This document shows positions 57,801 to 64,000 of a stretch of DNA of 64,000 nucleotides, one piece after another (the stretch's first letter is position 1; every line of letters begins with the position of its first letter). The stretch is from assembly GCA_032718475.1 (NCBI GenBank), contig JAUCBJ010007585.1:31265-95264 (forward strand), in the 5' to 3' direction. Below the pieces are notes generated by a model, which was given only the letters and a program-made list of their open reading frames with translations, had not been told where the DNA came from and did not search any database. Position numbers and translations under genes: made by a program. This DNA is from Nemertoderma westbladi. Taxonomy: Eukaryota > Animalia > Xenacoelomorpha.

Positions 57801-59635
57801 AGGATTCCAAATATGTAACAATATCTGAATTTCGTTGAGAAGCAGCTGAGATAAAGGCGTTCAAAGATGGCAAGAATTATCAGGCCATTTATTCTATCTA
57901 ATAAATACAACAAAATTATAGAATATGTTATTTATATTATAAGTTGGAAGGCAACAGCGGTATTCATATCCAATATATCTATTACGTAGCTATTCATACA
58001 AAATGTTCCAGAACATCTTGTATTTATTAAATATAATAAATGGCCTTCAACGAACAATACTTCTTGCAATATTTGAACCCCTATATCTCAGCTGTTTCTC
58101 AACGGAATTCAGATATTGTTACATATTTGGACTCCTTGCAACGCAAGCTTTTTAATGATATGAAAAAATTACGACTAATATGAAGAATGTCCACGATATG
58201 GAGGGTGCGATTTCGCAAAAGACACTTTTTTAAACTTTTTTCAGGAAATGACACTATATTACGGGACTTGGTGTACACGGATACCATCTACTGCCACAAC
58301 AACTCATGATGAAAAACAACATATTTAGGAAACTTGGTTTGGAATGATTTGAGTTGCTGGAGATCAGTTGGAATATAAACAAACTTTCCAACTAAAGGGG
58401 CCAAATTGTCCATTACTTCATTGACAGCTCCATAAACAGGGTATTAGTATGGCCTGTGACCCCATTTTTTGATGAAAAAAACTAACTAGATGGCAGATTT
58501 ATGTACAATAAAATTGCTTAATTTTGCGTGTAAAAACCATAGTTATGAGTGAGGCCCCATTCAGCAAACTGATAAAACTAATAAATAATAGCGAATTATA
58601 GAAATCTGTTTAATTCAGTTCAAAAACAAAAAACAAATCAATTTACATTGTTACAGTATATTCATTAAATAACATATTCGATTAACCTTCAATAAATCAT
58701 TATTTACAACACTTGGTTACCATAGCAACACAAGAAAAATGTTCCAGAATGTAGAACTTGAGTGGGGCAAACATAATACCAACATATGTAGCTAGTATAT
58801 CATAAATTACTAGCTAGTTTTTTTCATCAAAAAGTGGGGTCACAGGCCATACTAATACCATAAACAGTGGGTTGGTCAATGTGGAAGGCGTGGGCAATGT
58901 CGTGAATTGCTGGCAAGGTAGCGCATAGAACTCAAAACCTTTATTCGTGTTCGTGGTTTTAGGCCTTTAACAGTTTAACCTGCTAATTTATGTGTCTGTT
59001 AATACCTGACAGCCCAAAACAGATGAACACAGTCAAAGCCAGTCTAGCGCGGCGTATGACCCACCAGATGTGGGAGACTGGATTCGATGGCAGAAAGTCG
59101 TAGGGACAAGACGTAGGATACCTTGTATTATTTGATCGAGCTTTACTATATAAATCTCCAAAAACTATGTTTATTTTCCATTAAATACTGACAGTTCCTT
59201 TCAGTCTAAATACTACGCAGAAATATGACTTATACTAACTACAACGGGTGGGCATAAGATAACCCAAATGTTTACATCCTTTAGGGATGTATTTATTGAC
59301 CTTCACACTCTCGCACGGACGGTCAATAGTACTGAAACACGCTAATTTGCCAACAGTCACCGATTTTACTTGCATATAGGGAGAACTTAACTCACGTACG
59401 TTGGGGTCTATGAAACAGCATAAACTCATACAAACATCTGTTATTTGAACTATGCAATTGTGAATAGTAAACCCCTCCGCTTACCTCAATGATCATGAAA
59501 ACCAAGAGATCTACCGGTTATTCGTTAGTATTCTCCAACTATTAACATGAATCCATATGATACAATGACAACAGATTATAACAGCATAAATCAGTATAAA
59601 AATGCGGTGTTGCGGCAATATCAGACAGTCAGTAT
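54849..59635. repeat. Copy B of the non-coding composite block
   Basis: Collinear with 15812-20180; ~58000-58210 also matches ~23550-23765. Confidence 0.9.
58440..58859. mobile_element. 420-bp MITE with ~48-bp TIRs and 8-bp TSD (Merlin- or MULE-like)
   Basis: GGTATTAGTATGGCCTGTGACCCCA... / ...TGGGGTCACAGGCCATACTAATACC; ATAAACAG at 58432-58439 and 58860-58867. Confidence 0.9.
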
Positions 59636-59659
59636 GTGTATGGCATACATATGGTATTT

Positions 59660-59940
59660 TTATTCTTGATTAATTATGTCGGTCTTGAATTTATTTACAT
59701 CGGTCTTGAACTTATTTATGTCCCTCTTGATTTATTTATATGTCGGTCTTGATTTATTAATGTCGATTTTGAATATATTTATGCCGCACTTGATTTAATT
59801 ATCTCGCCCTTGAATTATTATTGCCGCCCTTGAATTATTATTGCCGCTCTTGAATTATTATTGTCGCACTTGATTTATTTACGGCGCTCTTGAATTATTT
59901 ATATCGGTCTTGATTCCCATTTACTTGGTCTTGATTCATT
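59660..59940. repeat. Degenerate ~20-bp minisatellite
   Basis: Recurring GTCGGTCTTGA(A)TTTATTTA-like units. Confidence 0.8.
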
Positions 59941-60290
59941 GGTCGAAGGAATTTCTACCATTATAATCAACCAATCAGAATCAGCTGGACAGTAGTGCAG
60001 TGAGAATAGTTAGTTAGTTAGTTAGTTTATTGACATAAAGTTAGATTGTATATAAATGAGATAAACAATTATTAACCAGCACAACACCACTTTACGTCCT
60101 GATATTAATAATATACATGTTATACATAATCATCAAAATAATAATTCCTACTGTAATTTAATAAAATAAACATTTAAATATAATTAGCACAAGATTATTT
60201 TAATTGACACATTACTAATGCCTCATTACTAATACTAATGTATTGATGCTATCAATCGAATAATTTTTGAACCTCGTATACAAAAACAGC

Positions 60291-63200
60291 TTAATATACA
60301 GACATTACTGACTCTATATACCTACACAATTGTTCAATATTATCCATATTACCATTGAAAAAGATACTTATATTTTGCATATTTAACTGTGGGTACTGTC
60401 TGCGTATTGGTAGTGATATTGGGCAATGTAACAGTGTGTGCACTTCGTCCTGAACGGATTTGTTATCACAGGGACACACTCGCTCCTCGTGTGGAATCCG
60501 TGACCATCGCCCTCGTTCTACAAACAGGTTGTGCGACATTAATCGCATTCTGCTGAAGTGCGCCCTAATATAATCCGGTACATACGGGGATTTCAGGCTG
60601 TAAATCGAGTGGCATGTCAGGTCCATATTCAGTGACGTCCTGTATGTGACAAACTTGGTCGCCGTGCTTGGCTTCTTGCGTATTCTAGTAAGAATGTCGC
60701 TGTTAGTCGGGCTTGGTTCGGACCACGCCATAGCACACTTTATCATGTTGTACCCTGGTGAGTTTACATTCTTACAAATGGTAAGTGCCTGTCGGAAAGG
60801 TGTGTCCTCTGGTAGCGTATGTAGAGCTTTCTGTAGGAACCGTTTGCGGTATTTCATTATGCGTGTTTGAATGGAAGGCATCCCTACTTCTATTAAACAA
60901 ATGTCGGTCGGGGTTTGTTCCCGTACACCTAATAATATTTTTATCATACGGCCATAAAATATATCTAAACTCTTAGTATTATTAGTTAACCAGCCTTCGC
61001 AACCATATAGGAATGCTGTAGCTACTGCAGCCTCAAACACCTGCTTTTTAACACAAAAAGCAATATTTGTATTGTGCGCACAAAATATAGAAAATTTATT
61101 TACAATCTCCTCGCACCGAGTTTTATGTAGATTAAAAACTGAGTTGAATTTACCATCTTCTGTAAAAATAGATCCAAGATAGGTGTATGTAGTACAATGG
61201 TTAACTGTTACGTCATTTACAACTAGAGGAGTTCTATCGTACATTGCACCATTAACAACGAAAAACTTTGTCTTTTTTACATTTATCTTCATACCAGACT
61301 CTTTACAAAAAGCTATAAGAGCACCCAATTTACGCAGGCACAAATTACGGTTAGTAGAAAGAATTATAGTATCATCCATTAGTAACATAATATGCAAAAT
61401 ACCCAAATAACCATCCTGGGTTACAGTATTACACACCATTGTTACCAGATTGTCAATATATAAGCTAAATAATATTACACTAGTAGCTGCACCTTGTCTT
61501 ACGCCTATGGCTGTACATATTATAGCGGATTTCAATATACTTTTAGTACATGTATAAGTAGCTAAGATTGCCATTAACATTACTTTTCCACAACCCAATT
61601 TTCTTAATCTTTCAATAAGTTTCATTCTAGGTATATTATCGTAAGCCTTTGAGAAATCTACAAATAGTACAAAAAGTTTCTCCCTTTTAAAAATCGCATA
61701 ATCTATAAGTAGACGCAGTGCTAATATATGTTCAGTGCAACTGCGGTTTTTTCTACCCCCTGCCTGACACCTACTTATATTGCACCATAAGGACAGTCTA
61801 GCTGATAATAACATATCATAAATCTTAGCACAGGTCTCCATAATTGATATACCTCTGTAATTACCACAAATAGCTCGGCTCCCCGATTTGAAAATTATTA
61901 TTAATTTACTGTAGCACCACGATGTGGGGTACGCCCCAAATTTAAACACGAAATTAAAAAATGCAAGAAAAAATATAAGCCAATTACCAGGTAGCGAAGT
62001 GAACAATCCAAGTGCGACACCTATGTAACTTTTATTTATTTTTATTTCACTTAAAACTTCCGCAAATTCCTTTTCTGACAACGGATCATCTAGAATCGGA
62101 ACATATGGAGCGGTTGAAAATTCGTCAGTCATATGCACTGTTTCCGCAGATGGAGGATTCAGTAACGCTTCAAAATGGCTTTTAAATTGGTTGTCATCTG
62201 GCATACTCTCTCTCCTGGGTTTTAGTTTATCAATTTCACCTTTCCAGTTTACTGCATGCCAGATTAATTTAGGGTCATTCAAAGAAACTAGCCTCGCCCA
62301 CCGATCATTATTAGATTCAGGTAGATTAACATTGTGTATACAATCGTATTGCTTTTTAACTTTGCAACTTTTGGCCGTTTCATTTAAAATTTGTGTTGCA
62401 GTTTCTACTATATTCTGCCCACCCTCTCTACTAGCGTCATTAATTATCGGTGGATGAATACTTGTAATAAGGTCTTTAAACTGGTCTAAGTTAGTATTGC
62501 AATGGCTGGGCCCTTTCTCCCCAAGTGGGGTTGTACGGTAATTATTAAAATTTAATTCAGTCCACACCGCACCCAAATCACCTGCTCTGTCATATATCGC
62601 ACTTGTTAAATATTTTTTATTATTAATATTAATTTCTACTTCTACCAATAAAGGTGCGTGATCCGAGCCATGTTGGTTTCTGTCTACACTAACTTTAACT
62701 ACATTACTAACCAAACAACTCGTAATTACACATAGGTCCAATGAGCTTACCCATGATTTACCCTTCCTATAGGATAAACCCCCACCTAACACACCCCTCC
62801 CTGTTTCTAAATGGTTTGCGACTACACGCCCAGTGGTAGAGCATATACGTAGTAACCGTTCCCCATTGCTATTTACAGCGTTATCTTCCACCCCGTGATA
62901 CTTTCGGTTAATCACATGCCGTTCACCGGTGTATTTAGGGACCCCAACACGTGCATTGAGGTCGCCAACAACTATAACCTTTCGGTTCTCTTCAAGGGTG
63001 GCATTCAGGTTCCCGAACATTTGGGTCGAAAAATAGCGAGAGTCACAAGGGGTTATGTAGGAGGTACCGATCAAGGTATCAGGCGCGAAACTAAACCGCA
63101 GCCATAGCTGATCCTCCTTACTCGTATCCACTTCTAACACGAATTTAGCTAATGTACACTTCACCAATGCCAATATCCCCCCGCGATGGGATGGTGTTGG

Positions 63201-63356
63201 CGTATTAATATATTGGGTGAAGCCGGGTACGTGTGTGGGTTTATTAGTTTTAATTTCTGACAGGAATACGATATCATGGGAATGTATATATCGGAGAATC
63301 TGGGGATCTAGGAGTTTATCTTTCAGACCACAGATATTCCACGAGCATAGAGACAA
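60291..63356 (-). CDS. LINE ORF2, APE plus RT plus C-terminal Cys/His motif (1021 aa, intact)
   Basis: SWNICGL, GDLNAR, SDHAPL; NYRGISI, FVDFSKAYD, GVRQG, LMDD, YLG; RVCPC...DEVHTLLHCP. Confidence 0.95.
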   Translation of the reverse strand: MSLCSWNICGLKDKLLDPQILRYIHSHDIVFLSEIKTNKPTHVPGFTQYINTPTPSHRGGILALVKCTLAKFVLEVDTSKEDQLWLRFSFAPDTLIGTSYITPCDSRYFSTQMFGNLNATLEENRKVIVVGDLNARVGVPKYTGERHVINRKYHGVEDNAVNSNGERLLRICSTTGRVVANHLETGRGVLGGGLSYRKGKSWVSSLDLCVITSCLVSNVVKVSVDRNQHGSDHAPLLVEVEININNKKYLTSAIYDRAGDLGAVWTELNFNNYRTTPLGEKGPSHCNTNLDQFKDLITSIHPPIINDASREGGQNIVETATQILNETAKSCKVKKQYDCIHNVNLPESNNDRWARLVSLNDPKLIWHAVNWKGEIDKLKPRRESMPDDNQFKSHFEALLNPPSAETVHMTDEFSTAPYVPILDDPLSEKEFAEVLSEIKINKSYIGVALGLFTSLPGNWLIFFLAFFNFVFKFGAYPTSWCYSKLIIIFKSGSRAICGNYRGISIMETCAKIYDMLLSARLSLWCNISRCQAGGRKNRSCTEHILALRLLIDYAIFKREKLFVLFVDFSKAYDNIPRMKLIERLRKLGCGKVMLMAILATYTCTKSILKSAIICTAIGVRQGAATSVILFSLYIDNLVTMVCNTVTQDGYLGILHIMLLMDDTIILSTNRNLCLRKLGALIAFCKESGMKINVKKTKFFVVNGAMYDRTPLVVNDVTVNHCTTYTYLGSIFTEDGKFNSVFNLHKTRCEEIVNKFSIFCAHNTNIAFCVKKQVFEAAVATAFLYGCEGWLTNNTKSLDIFYGRMIKILLGVREQTPTDICLIEVGMPSIQTRIMKYRKRFLQKALHTLPEDTPFRQALTICKNVNSPGYNMIKCAMAWSEPSPTNSDILTRIRKKPSTATKFVTYRTSLNMDLTCHSIYSLKSPYVPDYIRAHFSRMRLMSHNLFVERGRWSRIPHEERVCPCDNKSVQDEVHTLLHCPISLPIRRQYPQLNMQNISIFFNGNMDNIEQLCRYIESVMSVY

Positions 63357-63386
63357 AGTTCTAAATAGGTGTTGTGCAGCTCCCCC

Positions 63387-64000
63387 CTATAGGGAACCTA
63401 TAGGATTAAACCTATCAATAACAGTATTACCGCGTGTCACTACCCGGCGCTTATAATCGTAGCGCACAGTGACCCCCGCATTCTCAGGACGTTTCCTTTC
63501 TTCCCATGCGAGGTGACGTAGACGTCCTTCCTCACGTCGCACTGAAGGGTGAACATCTGGCTTGATATACACCTTACCGAACCGATCATCGCCCTTTAGG
63601 TTCTTTGCTGCAGCCAAGATCTTGCTACGGTGGCCAGGGCTATGTATGGTTATTAGCAGAGGCCTGATTCTATTGGGAGAACCACTGCCGAGACTTGGCC
63701 TCCCGTCAGCAACACGCCCCTGACCCAGTTCTCTTCCCAGTCGTTTTATTTCCCATCCGGGCAACGCGCTTATTAGGTCCTCGCATTTTAAAACCTTTAG
63801 TAAATCTCCCACCTCTTGTAGGTCGTCACTTCCGTCACGTTCAACCAACCCAGTTATCACGATATTGCTCGCTCGTTCCTTGGAATCAATCCGCTCGATA
63901 TATTCCTGTTGTCTTCCGATAATCGCGAATGCGTCGTCCAGTTTCCCGGATAGTTTCGCGACATGTTCTTTCTCTGTCCTAAGGTCCTCCCGTAGTTCCC
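63387..64000 (-). CDS. LINE ORF1, C-terminal part
   Basis: RERASNIVITGL...RLG...RPLLITI...ILAAAKNLK...VYIKPD, typical of LINE ORF1 RRM/CTD; start lies outside the window. Confidence 0.85.
   Translation of the reverse strand, partial: ELREDLRTEKEHVAKLSGKLDDAFAIIGRQQEYIERIDSKERASNIVITGLVERDGSDDLQEVGDLLKVLKCEDLISALPGWEIKRLGRELGQGRVADGRPSLGSGSPNRIRPLLITIHSPGHRSKILAAAKNLKGDDRFGKVYIKPDVHPSVRREEGRLRHLAWEERKRPENAGVTVRYDYKRRVVTRGNTVIDRFNPIGSL

Larger units (their letters stand above)
60007..64000 (-). mobile_element. Two-ORF non-LTR retrotransposon (RTE-X/Proto2-like), extends beyond the window
   Basis: AATAAA plus (CTAA)n tail at 60007-60032; ORF1 and intact ORF2 are co-oriented and 30 bp apart. 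Confidence 0.88.

Overview
AT-rich eukaryotic (probably invertebrate animal) DNA made almost entirely of nested transposable elements; the organism cannot be identified from this window. It holds three Gypsy LTR elements (one compact 4046-bp copy with apparently identical LTRs), two related BEL/Pao elements, five non-LTR retrotransposon copies or fragments (two with intact ORF2), a tRNA-derived SINE, three TIR-bounded non-autonomous DNA transposons, several minisatellites, and a ~4.5-kb palindrome-rich non-coding block that occurs twice. Two observations stand out. (1) Both BEL/Pao elements carry, downstream of integrase where an env gene would sit, an extra co-oriented ORF with DEDDy/WRN-type 3'-5' exonuclease motifs, preceded by a spacer with conserved non-coding motifs. 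(2) An intronless ~955-975-aa non-TE ORF combines a helical N-terminus, ~8 copies of a 40-aa Q/P/H-rich repeat and four divergent cold-shock-like domains; a decayed paralog lies 12.5 kb upstream. All family and domain calls come from motif recognition by eye; no database search was run.
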